From an uncultured Lachnospiraceae bacterium (GTDB taxonomy: Bacteria; Bacillota; Clostridia; Lachnospirales; Lachnospiraceae), in assembly GCA_947363565.1 (NCBI GenBank), contig CANAPP010000012.1:423-64422 (forward strand): DNA of 64,000 bases. The letters are read 5' to 3'. The notes beneath the pieces were generated by a model. It was given only the letters and a program-made list of their open reading frames with translations, searched no databases and was not told the DNA's origin. The translations under genes were made by a program, and so were the position numbers. Below are positions 1 to 10,195 of this stretch, piece after piece (position 1 is the first letter of the stretch; every line of letters begins with the position of its first letter).

Positions 1-498
1 CTTTTTGCGCATCAATTCTCCCATTACCTTAATATATTGATTTAGCCTCCCTACAAAATCATCTGCGCAGTCACTGAATTTTATACCTGTTGCTTTAAAA
101 ACTGCTAATATATCCAGTTCCGCACCCGTTTCCAAAATATATGGACTAAAATATTCTAGTTCCAGGCAATATGTCAACAGATTATTTTTTATTGTCCGCG
201 TTTTCACATACAGTTCCTCCCCTGCCACCAGTTCAGATAATTCACAGTACAATTTATTCAATATTTTTCTGTCATTTACATTCACCGAAAAGGGATTGAA
301 TATTACTTCCACACACTTTGATATATCTTTTTCCTTTTCTCCCTCTGACAGCACAAACCTCCCTTCCATTCCTTCTGACTGACAAAATAGTTCCTGAGTA
401 TATGCCGAAAAATCTGCCGGAGATTCTATCACCCACTCACACATTTTTTCGCTGCTAAATATAATCTGTCCATCCAGCTCTGGATGGACCAGTTTCAC
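1..498 (-). CDS. csn2: CRISPR type II-A protein Csn2 (3'-truncated by window edge)
   Basis: GTG at 498 overlaps the cas2 stop; reads [16 protein letters not shown]... to the window edge; position after cas2 is typical of II-A. Not in the supplied ORF track. Confidence 0.8.
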   Translation of the reverse strand, partial: MKLVHPELDGQIIFSSEKMCEWVIESPADFSAYTQELFCQSEGMEGRFVLSEGEKEKDISKCVEVIFNPFSVNVNDRKILNKLYCELSELVAGEELYVKTRTIKNNLLTYCLELEYFSPYILETGAELDILAVFKATGIKFSDCADDFVGRLNQYIKVMGELMRKK

Positions 499-815
499 AA
501 TATCACCAACCTTTCATCGCTGTCTAATACCTCACTTTTCACTTCACCAATTATTAAATCCATCTTCGCATACTGTTTTTCTGTTACAGTCAGCAATTGC
601 ACTAACCCTTCTGCCGGACTATTTTTATGTACACTGTCAACAATTCCTTTGACCACTGTTCCGTTTAATGCCAATTTACAGTAAACGGATTCCTGCAGCA
701 TAAGAAATCCGCTTTTCAAAAGGAATTTTCTGAACTTTGTGTATGCTCTCCTTTGTTCCCCGGTAAGTACCGGAAGATCAAAAAACACTAATACTCTCAT
801 AAATCTATAACTCAA
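495..815 (-). CDS. cas2: CRISPR-associated endonuclease Cas2
   Basis: 106 aa, [16 protein letters not shown]...FLMLQESVY, Cas2 signature. Confidence 0.97.
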   Translation of the reverse strand: MSYRFMRVLVFFDLPVLTGEQRRAYTKFRKFLLKSGFLMLQESVYCKLALNGTVVKGIVDSVHKNSPAEGLVQLLTVTEKQYAKMDLIIGEVKSEVLDSDERLVIL

Positions 816-1677
816 AACTATAAAAACGAATCAGCGAACTATCATTTTCATTCAATGCATCGAATACACTTTTACAATATATTTTAATTGCATTATTCAC
901 ATACTGAACCTTGCCATCTATTCTAACCTCACGATTGAGCAGATCAACAATCTCCATCTTCTCCTGATGAGAAAACTCTTTTAAATCCATATCAACAACT
1001 TTTTGATCCACCAGGATTCTGAATGGTTCCATCAGATCAGAAGCAAGGTTAAACTGATTAAACATATTGTCATGGAACAGGCCAAACTGTGTAATATAAC
1101 CATTCGCCGTAATTTCTCTGGTAAACGCTGATAAGATAATCGCGTACCCGTAATTAAGCGCAGCGTTTTCCAGAATATCCGCCGTCCTGGTAAAATTCAT
1201 CCCAAATAATGCATTAAAATACACCTTTGCGGCATGTCCCTCCCGATTTGTCTCATCATTCCACTGAATTTCATTTATATATGAATCTAATAGCTCTGAT
1301 TCCCTCCTCCCTAGATATTCCAATAATTCTTTTTGTTTCCTTATCTTCTCTGACACAATCTCTGTCCAGACAGACGCTTTTGTCTCCGGCAGCCATCTTA
1401 TCTGACAACGCACTTTGTTGCTTGTATCATGGCTGCCGTAATAACTGACCAATTCTGATGATGGATTTCGCTTTTCATCGCAAAAGATTACTTTAATCTT
1501 CTTTTTCGTTAATTCTGATAATAAGCTGGCAGTCACGGATACGGCTGTTGATTCAATCAATACCGTTGATATCTCTCCTAAATGAATCTTGGTTATCTCT
1601 TCATTCCGAACTACCATGTAGCCCATTTGGTAATCCAGTTTTGCTCTTCTGGAAATAACAACTATACGCCAGCTCAT
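805..1677 (-). CDS. cas1: CRISPR-associated integrase Cas1 (type II)
   Basis: 290 aa, [38 protein letters not shown] motifs. Confidence 0.97.
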   Translation of the reverse strand: MSWRIVVISRRAKLDYQMGYMVVRNEEITKIHLGEISTVLIESTAVSVTASLLSELTKKKIKVIFCDEKRNPSSELVSYYGSHDTSNKVRCQIRWLPETKASVWTEIVSEKIRKQKELLEYLGRRESELLDSYINEIQWNDETNREGHAAKVYFNALFGMNFTRTADILENAALNYGYAIILSAFTREITANGYITQFGLFHDNMFNQFNLASDLMEPFRILVDQKVVDMDLKEFSHQEKMEIVDLLNREVRIDGKVQYVNNAIKIYCKSVFDALNENDSSLIRFYSFEL

Positions 1678-4600
1678 ATCTTCTTCAAGTCAATCTCCTG
1701 CTCGTAAATTCCGGTTGGAGACTGATGGATAATGGATATCTGTTTGCATTTAGAAATAACACTGTTAAGCACTAAAATCCCGGCATTTCCGGGGCCATTT
1801 ATTAGTTTCAAATTTGCAGCGCCGCTCTGACACTGGAACATATGTAATATTTCCGATAATACAATACATTTATCTTCTTCACTCAATTCACAGAAAACAT
1901 CCCTGTTATCCGACAAAGTTTTCTGCTGTGCGTTCAACCGGATATGATACACTGTATTGACAATTTTGTCTAAAAAAACATCATACAGCTTTATCAGATC
2001 TGTATCATACAATTCATCATGTCCTCCAAGTACTGCATTTTTATTCTCTTTTCTCCGATTGACATACTTAATGACCTTCTTCAAAATCCTCGCATCCTGC
2101 CCGGAGATCAGCAGTTGATTTGCTCCCTTAAATACCAGCTGATTACCCGTCCTTCCCGACAGCCACATATAAAACCCATCTACCTTAAACAACGTATCAA
2201 TCTTTATTTTGGTTATCAATATTTTAGGATTTTTAAGCCCACGTTCTTTTTCCAGATATTCTCTTGCATTTCTCTCATCCTTTTCAATCTGAGTACACAG
2301 ATAAAGCGGAACATACTCGATGCTTCTCATCTTTGCACCCTTTTTATCCTCCGATTCCACCAGCATGAAATATGTTCCCGTCGCTTTATTATAACCTCCA
2401 TATTTACTGATATCTGCCAGCCTTTCATCGCTGCCCTTTACCGGTACCTGTCCTTTTCCCTTCTTCATAATCTGCTGGTCAAAAAGCCCGCCTTTTACCT
2501 GATAAGAACGCCTTGTTACCAATATATTATTCTTTTCCATAACTCTCTTCACTGTAACTATAGTACCGGCGTTCCCAGCTTTCCATGCTGTCTCGCCGTT
2601 TCTGGCAACATCTGAAGCAAGTATTTTCTTTAGATTATAGCTTCTCCCTGGATGCTCTTTTACATACCATGCCGCATTACTTGTAAATTTGGTATAATAA
2701 ACATTCCCGACTACAATATTGACATAGGCATCCTTCGCGTGATGCAGGTCGTTCATTTCCCTGACCTTGATCAGGCCACACTCTTGTCTGAACCATGATG
2801 CAACTCTCGCTTTTGCATATACAATCTCAGTGTCCGGAAAAATCTGTTTTAATATCGATGCAACAGCCTTCGTCCCCTGTCTTGTCTCCACAAGCTGCCG
2901 GGCAATAAAGCCAGCTAGTTCCGATGGTTCAAATCCGGTTCCTCTCGTCAGCCTCTTATATTTCTCTTTTGATATGAATCCACCATCCAACAACATATGC
3001 CAAAATGATCTCATCTTTTCCCGGATATCTCCACGGATTGGATATTCATCAGTCTTATCCGCATTATACTCCTTCTTTACCAGTACACGATTGTCCAGAC
3101 TATCGTCCATTACCTTAGATTGCGGGTAAATGTGGTCTATATCATACTTTCTGTTATCCCACAGCTCCTCGAGCTCAATCACTTCTCCAGAATACATGCA
3201 CCTGCCTTTCTGCGTATAATACAGGTAAAGCTTATCACTTCTCAGTTTGCTCTCCTCGGTTTTTCCTAATTCATCTGCCCAGTTTCTCTCCTCCTCTCTG
3301 CACTTCTTGTACAAGTCCATCAATTTTTTCTTCCGTGACTCCGTCCGCTTACTTTCAGCCTTTTCGCGAGCCATTTCCACAAATATCCGCTTTGGAGATT
3401 CACCCATCACCTTACAGATTTCCCTTATGACCTGCAGTGTCTGCCAGATTTGACGTCTTACTGCCGGGGAAATATTCATCTGCTCTATGGTCTTATAAGT
3501 AATTTCCTTTGTCCCTTCTCCAACATTTTCCATATCGACCGCTTCTGCAAAATGATATTTCTCACTTAGCACCTGCATCAGATTGTCATTCGTCTCCCAC
3601 ATGGTGCGGATAATCGTCCATATCTCTCCTGTCTCTGGTGCCGGCGCGGTAATCCCCTCCAAAAAATTCCGGCTCAAACGTCCCCAACCTTTATATGACA
3701 GAGAACATATTGCTTTCGCCTGAGATTCAGTCAACTCTGGATAAAGAGTTTCCAACCTCTTTTTCAGCAAACTCTTATCATCTCCAAACAGCGTAATATT
3801 CAAAATAATATTTTCTTTATCATCCTGAGACAACATACAGCCTGTCAGCTTCTCTTTAAAATCATGATATGCCGTCAATGTTCCTTTAAAATCACCGTCA
3901 ACACCTGTGATATCCACATTTTTATCCGCATACCCTTCCCTTACAAGATACCTTATCAGTTTCTTCTGAGTAACTTTCCTATTATGCTGAAACAAGTCCT
4001 CATATATTTTTTGTTTCATTTCAACACTGACAGGCTCTCCATTTAACCGAAGATTATTAAGTTCATTTAATACCATGAATTTACTATACAGCATAGAATT
4101 TTTCGGAAGTACATCTTCATGAATCAAGTATGTGCACTTGCTTGTCATCCTTCTTATGAATGCCTCCGCACTTGCTTCCGCATCTACTATTTTATTAAAA
4201 TTCCACGGATAAACCTTTCCCTCACTTCTTCTCTCCACCCAGTTTGTCTTCTCACCGCCTCTGGATACCCCGTTCAGCGGGCCGACATAATATGGAATCC
4301 TGAAGGTAAAAATATCACGGATCTTACTGCCGTTATCTCTCAGCAATGACACGCGTTCACTCAGGTTCCTGATTATCTCATCCAACTCATACAGATGAAC
4401 TTGATACGGTATTACTCCATTATCCTTCGTCACTTGTCTTGGCAAAAATGTCACCATCTCTATCTCTTCCTGCAGATACTTGGTCTTTGTTTCATCCGAT
4501 ATGACACTTACTACCGTTTTCTTAATATAATCGTAAAATGTTTTCCTGTCACAGCGCTTTCCTTCACGTTCAATTTTTATGCCATTTTTCTTTGTCATAC

Positions 4601-5684
4601 CGATATATGCACTATAATTTGGCAATTTATCGCTTGTCCTTACAAATATATCTTTATAAACCTCCTTACTCAGATTCTCTTTTACCAAATTTTTTAAGTA
4701 TTTTAAGTCTCTCTGATGTTTTTCATAAACCTCAACCTTAGCGTCGGAAATAGATTGAAAATCCCCTAATATATCCGCCAGCACACTCCAATCATATACT
4801 GCCTTAGCCACCTCAACGATAACATACTGTTCCCCTAACTCATCTTCTATTGTTCCAGTATAATCATCATAGTTACTGTCCGCGAAAGAAAGTTTCGGTA
4901 CTTCACATGAATCCATCTCACTATTGCCAAAAATATCACTGAGCTTGACAGTTCCACCAGCCACAAGATTCAAAACTGCCTTTTCACAAGACGTATGCGC
5001 ACCCAGAAGTTTAATCAGCCTTGTTTTCTTCCCTGACCTTGTTAATTTGCTATCCTTTAATACCTCTTCTATCTTTTGAAAGTCTTCGTCCTCTATACAA
5101 AGATGAAAATCAAGCTCCTCGTCTTTTATACTGTTGATATACTGTTGAAAGGTCGTCCGAAATTCTTTAATTTTCTCTATATCTCCCGAAAACAAAAAAT
5201 GTCCCCGATGTTTCATCATATGATGAAGTGCTAAATAGAGAAGCCTAATATCCGGCGTCTCTTCTGTATTCATCAGCCATTTTCGCAGATGATAGATACT
5301 TGGGAACTGCTTATGGTAATCTTTATCTGTATATCCAGCATCTGCAAACAAAGCATACGGCAGCTTTGGACGCTTCCCTTCGATATCTCTCTTATCCTCT
5401 GGCACATATTTGCTCTCTTTCAGCCGCAAAAAAAATCCGGGATCTATTTTATTGATCTCAGCATCAAATAATTCCTGTAAAAGCTCTATCCTCCAATTTC
5501 TCCTGTCAAGTCTTCGTCTCGCCGTTCTGAATCCTCGCCGTTCCTCCGCCGTATTCGCACCGTCAAACAAACGGACACCCCACAGCGCTTTCCCGTGAGC
5601 GCGGATAATCTTATACTCTGTATCAGTAACTGCCCATCCAAGTGAGCCTGTTCCTAAATCTAATCCCATAAAATAATCTGACAT
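1674..5684 (-). CDS. cas9: Type II-A Cas9, 1336 aa
   Basis: RuvC-I GLDLGTGSLGWAV, Arg-rich bridge RRGFRTARRRLDRR, RuvC-II IFVEMARE, HNH YDIDHIYPQS, RuvC-III HHAKDAY; catalytic residues intact. Confidence 0.99.
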   Translation of the reverse strand: MSDYFMGLDLGTGSLGWAVTDTEYKIIRAHGKALWGVRLFDGANTAEERRGFRTARRRLDRRNWRIELLQELFDAEINKIDPGFFLRLKESKYVPEDKRDIEGKRPKLPYALFADAGYTDKDYHKQFPSIYHLRKWLMNTEETPDIRLLYLALHHMMKHRGHFLFSGDIEKIKEFRTTFQQYINSIKDEELDFHLCIEDEDFQKIEEVLKDSKLTRSGKKTRLIKLLGAHTSCEKAVLNLVAGGTVKLSDIFGNSEMDSCEVPKLSFADSNYDDYTGTIEDELGEQYVIVEVAKAVYDWSVLADILGDFQSISDAKVEVYEKHQRDLKYLKNLVKENLSKEVYKDIFVRTSDKLPNYSAYIGMTKKNGIKIEREGKRCDRKTFYDYIKKTVVSVISDETKTKYLQEEIEMVTFLPRQVTKDNGVIPYQVHLYELDEIIRNLSERVSLLRDNGSKIRDIFTFRIPYYVGPLNGVSRGGEKTNWVERRSEGKVYPWNFNKIVDAEASAEAFIRRMTSKCTYLIHEDVLPKNSMLYSKFMVLNELNNLRLNGEPVSVEMKQKIYEDLFQHNRKVTQKKLIRYLVREGYADKNVDITGVDGDFKGTLTAYHDFKEKLTGCMLSQDDKENIILNITLFGDDKSLLKKRLETLYPELTESQAKAICSLSYKGWGRLSRNFLEGITAPAPETGEIWTIIRTMWETNDNLMQVLSEKYHFAEAVDMENVGEGTKEITYKTIEQMNISPAVRRQIWQTLQVIREICKVMGESPKRIFVEMAREKAESKRTESRKKKLMDLYKKCREEERNWADELGKTEESKLRSDKLYLYYTQKGRCMYSGEVIELEELWDNRKYDIDHIYPQSKVMDDSLDNRVLVKKEYNADKTDEYPIRGDIREKMRSFWHMLLDGGFISKEKYKRLTRGTGFEPSELAGFIARQLVETRQGTKAVASILKQIFPDTEIVYAKARVASWFRQECGLIKVREMNDLHHAKDAYVNIVVGNVYYTKFTSNAAWYVKEHPGRSYNLKKILASDVARNGETAWKAGNAGTIVTVKRVMEKNNILVTRRSYQVKGGLFDQQIMKKGKGQVPVKGSDERLADISKYGGYNKATGTYFMLVESEDKKGAKMRSIEYVPLYLCTQIEKDERNAREYLEKERGLKNPKILITKIKIDTLFKVDGFYMWLSGRTGNQLVFKGANQLLISGQDARILKKVIKYVNRRKENKNAVLGGHDELYDTDLIKLYDVFLDKIVNTVYHIRLNAQQKTLSDNRDVFCELSEEDKCIVLSEILHMFQCQSGAANLKLINGPGNAGILVLNSVISKCKQISIIHQSPTGIYEQEIDLKKI

Positions 5685-5760
5685 CTTTTATAGCTCCTTT
5701 GTTATCCCTTTTCGTATATTTTAACATATAATTTATTCATCCGCCTTATTTTTATATAAT

Positions 5761-5875
5761 AAAAAAGCCTGCAAAGCAGACTTTTTGTTCCGCACACTGC
5801 GGGTCATCTAAGATGACGATTTGAATAAATTCTTATTTGAACTTATGATGTAAAATTTAGTATGGTACTAAATAT
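5761..5875 (-). ncRNA. tracrRNA
   Basis: Upstream of cas9. Repeat-like segment 5836-5872 (+ strand TTTGAACTTATGATGTAAAATTTAGTATGGTACTAAA), then minus-strand hairpins GTCATC-TTA-GATGAC and CCGCA-GTG-TGCGG, then AAAAAGTCTGC-TTT-GCAGGCTTTTTT terminator. Confidence 0.85.
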
Positions 5876-5881
5876 ATATTT

Positions 5882-5910
5882 ATCATAACCCTTTTATTAT
5901 CAACCGTCAA
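5882..5910 (-). promoter_or_regulatory. sigma-A promoter for tracrRNA
   Basis: TTGACG-17 nt-TATGAT immediately upstream of the anti-repeat. Confidence 0.75.
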
Positions 5911-5951
5911 GTTTTTCTGGCTTTTTTCCAAAAATTACAAATCATTTGTTC

Positions 5952-6350
5952 TTATCCTTCATTAAACGACCCAATCTCCACCAGGTTCCCTTCCGGGTCT
6001 GCCACATAGCATGTCCGCTGTCCCCAGGGCATTGTCTTGGGCTCCATCACAGGTTTTGCGCCCTTTTTCGTAATTTCCGCAAATATCCTGTCCACATCCG
6101 CATAATCCTCCGCGCCCAGCGCAATCTCATAATGTCCGTTTATCCCGTCGGCATAAGCAAATCCCCGGCCCGTCATCTGCTCAAAGTCGCTCCTGCGGTA
6201 CAGAAGGAACAAAGTTCCGTCTTTTTCCAGAAAAACATTCGTTGTCTCTTCATCTTCCCTGATTCCAAACCCCAGCACGTCCCGGTAAAAACGGACCATC
6301 ACCGCCATGTCCTTCACAAATATTCCAAATCCTTCCAGCTTCATCGCCAT
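5952..6350 (-). CDS. VOC/glyoxalase family protein
   Basis: FYRDVLGF and PWGQRTCYVADPEGNLVEI motifs. Confidence 0.9.
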   Translation of the reverse strand: MAMKLEGFGIFVKDMAVMVRFYRDVLGFGIREDEETTNVFLEKDGTLFLLYRRSDFEQMTGRGFAYADGINGHYEIALGAEDYADVDRIFAEITKKGAKPVMEPKTMPWGQRTCYVADPEGNLVEIGSFNEG

Positions 6351-6373
6351 TCCTCCTCAATATTTTTAAGAAA

Positions 6374-6838
6374 TCAAAACCTTGATTTTTCGTAATTATA
6401 CGGTATGCTCGTCCCTTTGACGACATCCTCGATCTTCTCGATGATCAGCCAGTCGTCCATATTCCCCTGGTGATCGAATTCAAGGGGTTCTATCTCCCTG
6501 ACGTCCGCAAATGCAACAAGACAGAGACATTTTTTATGCCAGCGCACCTTCTGCTTTTCCGTCAGATTGAGCATAGGCTGACGGTCTTTAAGGATTTCCG
6601 TTATCTCCTCGTCAGAAAGCTTGACAAAATTCTCCACCTCCGTCACCTTGGCGCTCGCCGTGATCTTCCCGCTGCCTTTCTCCATAAAGTAAAGCAGTTC
6701 ATCCGCGGACACTCTGCTGTGCGGGATCTTTCTCCCAGCAGCGCCGCGCACCACCATCGTCTTTGTCCCGGCAAGAATCTTATCCAGAACCCTCTCTCCT
6801 TTTTTTCCTGCATTATCGCAATAAACCAAATGAACCAT
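6374..6838 (-). CDS. ASCH/PUA-like domain protein
   Basis: ILAGTKTMVVRG...DELLYF pattern resembles ASCH G-x-K-T-x-x-x-R; strong RBS AGGAGG. Confidence 0.55.
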   Translation of the reverse strand: MVHLVYCDNAGKKGERVLDKILAGTKTMVVRGAAGRKIPHSRVSADELLYFMEKGSGKITASAKVTEVENFVKLSDEEITEILKDRQPMLNLTEKQKVRWHKKCLCLVAFADVREIEPLEFDHQGNMDDWLIIEKIEDVVKGTSIPYNYEKSRF

Positions 6839-6986
6839 CGTTCCTCCTCCTTACTAAACCGGCCGCCACGTTCACAGACCTTATCCGCAGTCTCTGTTAT
6901 CGTCACTCTTTAGCAAATTTATTCCATTATAAAACGGACATCTCATTTCCGATTGTAAAAATGCGACATCCGCCATAATTTTTCCG

Positions 6987-7853
6987 TCAGCCAGGGAAAG
7001 CCTCTCCCGCGCGCTGCGCCAGCGCATACGCTCTCGCCTCCGGGATCGGCGACGCATGGAACCGCTTAAACTCCCGAAGCAGATGGGACTGGTCGGTATA
7101 CCCGTACCGATACACCGCGTCCTGCACGTCAAACTTCGGGCTGTACAAAATATCGCGCCAAAGGTACTGGCAGCGGATCATGGCAGATAGCTGCTTGGGC
7201 GAAACTCCGGTGTACACATTAAAAATCCGCTCAAGCTGGCGGCGCCCTACCGATGTGTTATCCGTAAGACCGCCTATCTTTACATTTCCCCTCTTTAAAA
7301 GTATCTCTGCCATCGCATTTCTGACTGCAGGATGCTCTTCCTTCAAAAAAATGTGTCTAATCAGGATCTTCTGCACCGCTTCCACACGCTCCGTCATATC
7401 CGTCAGTTCAAACAAAAACGGTGCGATTTCCCGTCTCAACTTGGAGAAATGGCAGTCCAAAGGGAAGAAACCGTTCTTCGAGCCCTGCAGGGAATCCTCT
7501 GCAAAAAGTCCGGCGCTCCACGGGTAAAAGCGGACCGCGAACACGGAAACTACCCTCTCGCCGCCGCTTTTAAGCTCTGAGATAAAGGAGCTGTCATTGA
7601 TGCCGCAGAACCGGCCCGCGATGCAATTGTTGGTAAAATCGACGGTAAATATAATATCCATACAGGTGTCCGGGATGACGATTGTTTTTTCCGGACGCTC
7701 TGTAAGTTTCTGCCTGTAAGGATGCCTGGAACCCCAAAAGCATCTGATATAGGGCTTCAACGCTGCGCACGGTTCATACTCCCCGTAGGATGCATTCCGC
7801 AAAAAAGGAGTGGCAGTTATGGGCCGGTACATCTGATGAAAATGCCGCATCAC
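6987..7853 (-). CDS. AraC family transcriptional regulator
   Basis: N-terminal PDTCMDIIF domain; C-terminal RQLERIF...GYTDQSHLLREFKRF. Confidence 0.9.
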   Translation of the reverse strand: MMRHFHQMYRPITATPFLRNASYGEYEPCAALKPYIRCFWGSRHPYRQKLTERPEKTIVIPDTCMDIIFTVDFTNNCIAGRFCGINDSSFISELKSGGERVVSVFAVRFYPWSAGLFAEDSLQGSKNGFFPLDCHFSKLRREIAPFLFELTDMTERVEAVQKILIRHIFLKEEHPAVRNAMAEILLKRGNVKIGGLTDNTSVGRRQLERIFNVYTGVSPKQLSAMIRCQYLWRDILYSPKFDVQDAVYRYGYTDQSHLLREFKRFHASPIPEARAYALAQRAGEAFPG

Positions 7854-8617
7854 AATCCTGCTCCGATATGCGCTGCGAGCATCTTCCTGACCGTCTCCAT
7901 CTCCTTCGCTGTCTTCGGATTGGAATAAGGGATCCGCCCGATGATCCGATCCGCATATCCTTTCTCCCGGATGATCGCAAAAGTCTCATTAAAATTAATA
8001 TCAAAGAAATATGCCAGATAGGAAAGCCAGTAATCCATCTTCGTCTTCCTTGTGGACGACAGGACCGATTCCTTTCTCATAAACTGTCCCAGCACTTCCG
8101 GGCTTATCTCCTCCCGCCCCGCTTCCTCTGCCGACACGCCGATGATTGTTTCCACAGCATCCACAAGCTTCACCCGGCAGTTATCAAGCTTGTCCGCGTC
8201 CCGGATGATCTTCGCGTGAAGCAGCGTCCTCTCATCATCCACTCCTTCCAATCTGAAATCACTGTGCTTTGCGATCGCCGTGCGGATAATACCGTCCCAC
8301 GCATCTTCCTGCACAAACTGCCTGATCATGCCCTCCTCAAAAAGAATCTTCACCCCGAACGCCGCATGATCCATAACATCCGGCTCAAAGCTGTCAAACC
8401 GTTTGATCTGCTCGAATCTTCCGATATCGTGCAAAAGGCCGATAAGCTGCGCAAGCTCACTGTCTTCATCGGAAAGCCCCATGCGCTTCGCGATCTGGCG
8501 GCTGCACTCCGTCACGCCGTAAGTATGGACGATCTTCAGCCGCACCTTGTCATCCTCCCGGTCATAATTGTCAAGATATTGTTCAAACCGCTGCTTTGCA
8601 TATTGTAGATCCATCAT
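7850..8617 (-). CDS. HD-domain phosphohydrolase
   Basis: KIVHT...GLLHDIGRF...KH...RDADKLD. Confidence 0.85.
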   Translation of the reverse strand: MMDLQYAKQRFEQYLDNYDREDDKVRLKIVHTYGVTECSRQIAKRMGLSDEDSELAQLIGLLHDIGRFEQIKRFDSFEPDVMDHAAFGVKILFEEGMIRQFVQEDAWDGIIRTAIAKHSDFRLEGVDDERTLLHAKIIRDADKLDNCRVKLVDAVETIIGVSAEEAGREEISPEVLGQFMRKESVLSSTRKTKMDYWLSYLAYFFDINFNETFAIIREKGYADRIIGRIPYSNPKTAKEMETVRKMLAAHIGAGL

Positions 8618-8694
8618 TCATTCTCCTGCATAAAATCATTATAATTTTGACTATTTCTGCGTTATACGCTATTATATTTATCTGGGCAGAAGAA

Positions 8695-8797
8695 TGCACC
8701 ATAGGTATTCCCTTCCCCATGCCCCTTCGGGGCGTCGGACTTCGTCCGCTGTCTGAATATAGTGTACTGTATCATGCACGATTCGTCAAATGGTGCA
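8695..8797. repeat. IR-bounded intergenic element with two tandem hairpins
   Basis: TGCACCAT (8695-8702) / ATGGTGCA (8790-8797); GCCCC-TTC-GGGGC and CGGAC-TTC-GTCCG inside. Confidence 0.4.
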
Positions 8798-8877
8798 GTA
8801 TATTAATATGATGGCACCAAAAACCCCTGTATGAACCGTAATCTGACCACAACAAATTGATAAGGAGAGTTTCACCA

Positions 8878-9123
8878 ATGAATATGAATTTTAACCAGCT
8901 TGCCATGCTGCAGCAGCTTAGATCCGGCATGGACCGTTTCCGCACTAACCACCCGAAATTCCCGATGTTTCTTAAAGCCATATCCCAGGACGCACTGAGG
9001 GAAGGCACCGTCATCGAGATAAATGTCACGACACCGGAAGGGAAAACTTACTGCTCCAACGTCAGGCTGAACCCAGACGACATGGAGCTTATCGATGCCT
9101 TGAAAAAAATGAATGCGAATTAA
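8878..9123 (+). CDS. small hypothetical protein
   Basis: RBS AAGGAG; natural-looking protein MNMNFNQLAMLQQLRSGMDRFRTNHPKFPMFL. Confidence 0.75.
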   Translation: MNMNFNQLAMLQQLRSGMDRFRTNHPKFPMFLKAISQDALREGTVIEINVTTPEGKTYCSNVRLNPDDMELIDALKKMNAN

Positions 9124-9197
9124 AAGGCTGACGGCCGGTATGCGGCGCAGACTTACCCGGCTTCATCTTTAAATTACATTTTCCCGAAGAAAAAACC

Positions 9198-9226
9198 TTG
9201 CAATAATGCGGCATTTGGGCTAAAAT
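9198..9226 (+). promoter_or_regulatory. sigma-A promoter of purC
   Basis: TTGCAA-17-TAAAAT. Confidence 0.6.
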
Positions 9227-9273
9227 CTGTTTATCTATCCATTATGATAAAATTTTTTAGTGAGGTGTATGAG

Positions 9274-10134
9274 ATGAAACCGATAAAAGAGGGAAAAGTC
9301 CGTGAGATTTACGATAACGGCGACAGCCTGATCATGGTTGCCACCGACCGTATCAGTTGTTTTGACGTGATTTTAAAAAATGAAGTGACCAAAAAAGGAA
9401 CTGTCCTTACCCAGATGTCCAAATTCTGGTTTGATATGACGAAGGATATCCTGCCGAACCATATGATTTCCGTGGATGTGAACGATATGCCGGAATTTTT
9501 CCGCAAGCCTGAATTCGACGGCAACAGTATGATGTGCAAAAAGCTTGAGATGCTGCCGATCGAGTGTATCGTGCGCGGCTACATCACCGGCAGCGGCTGG
9601 GCAAGCTACAAAAAGGACGGAACCGTATGCGGCATCACACTCCCGGAAGGGCTTAAGGAATCCGACAAGCTCCCGGAACCGATCTACACACCGTCTACCA
9701 AGGCAGAGATCGGCGACCATGACGAGAACATTTCCTACAAGCAGAGCATCGCCCACCTGGAGAGATATTTCCCGGGGAAAGGGGAGGAGTATGCGGCGAA
9801 GCTCCGTGACTGCACCCTCGCTCTCTATAAGAAATGCGCGGACTACGCGTTAAGCAAAGGGATCATCATCGCCGATACCAAATTCGAGTTCGGCCTTGAC
9901 GAGAACGGCAATATCGTCATTGGCGACGAGATGCTGACACCCGACAGCTCAAGGTTCTGGCCGGCAGACGGATACGAGCCGGGTCACGGACAGCCGTCCT
10001 TTGACAAGCAGTTCGCAAGAGACTGGCTGAAAGCCAACCCGGACAATGACTGGACGCTGCCGGAGGATATCGTAGAAAAGACCATCAGAAAATATCTCCA
10101 GGGGTATGAGATGCTGACCGGAGAAAAGCTTTAA
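9274..10134 (+). CDS. purC: SAICAR synthetase
   Basis: EGKVREIY, VATDRIS, IADTKFEFG, LTPDSSRFW, DKQ motifs. Confidence 0.97.
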   Translation: MKPIKEGKVREIYDNGDSLIMVATDRISCFDVILKNEVTKKGTVLTQMSKFWFDMTKDILPNHMISVDVNDMPEFFRKPEFDGNSMMCKKLEMLPIECIVRGYITGSGWASYKKDGTVCGITLPEGLKESDKLPEPIYTPSTKAEIGDHDENISYKQSIAHLERYFPGKGEEYAAKLRDCTLALYKKCADYALSKGIIIADTKFEFGLDENGNIVIGDEMLTPDSSRFWPADGYEPGHGQPSFDKQFARDWLKANPDNDWTLPEDIVEKTIRKYLQGYEMLTGEKL

Positions 10135-10140
10135 TCACGC

Positions 10141-10191
10141 AAAGAGCAGGAGACATATCATATCACGATATGCCGTTCCTGCTCTTTTTTT
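10141..10191. terminator. bidirectional intrinsic terminator
   Basis: AAAGAGCAGGA...TCCTGCTCTTTTTTT between convergent genes. Confidence 0.8.
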
Positions 10192-10195
10192 GAGA

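Noticed and set aside
1674-5684. Nuclease-dead or repurposed Cas9
   Set aside because: RuvC D/E/H-D and HNH H residues are intact, and the adaptation genes are present.
5836-5872. CRISPR array
   Set aside because: Only one repeat-like copy; it is the tracrRNA anti-repeat. No repeat-spacer periodicity was seen anywhere in the window.
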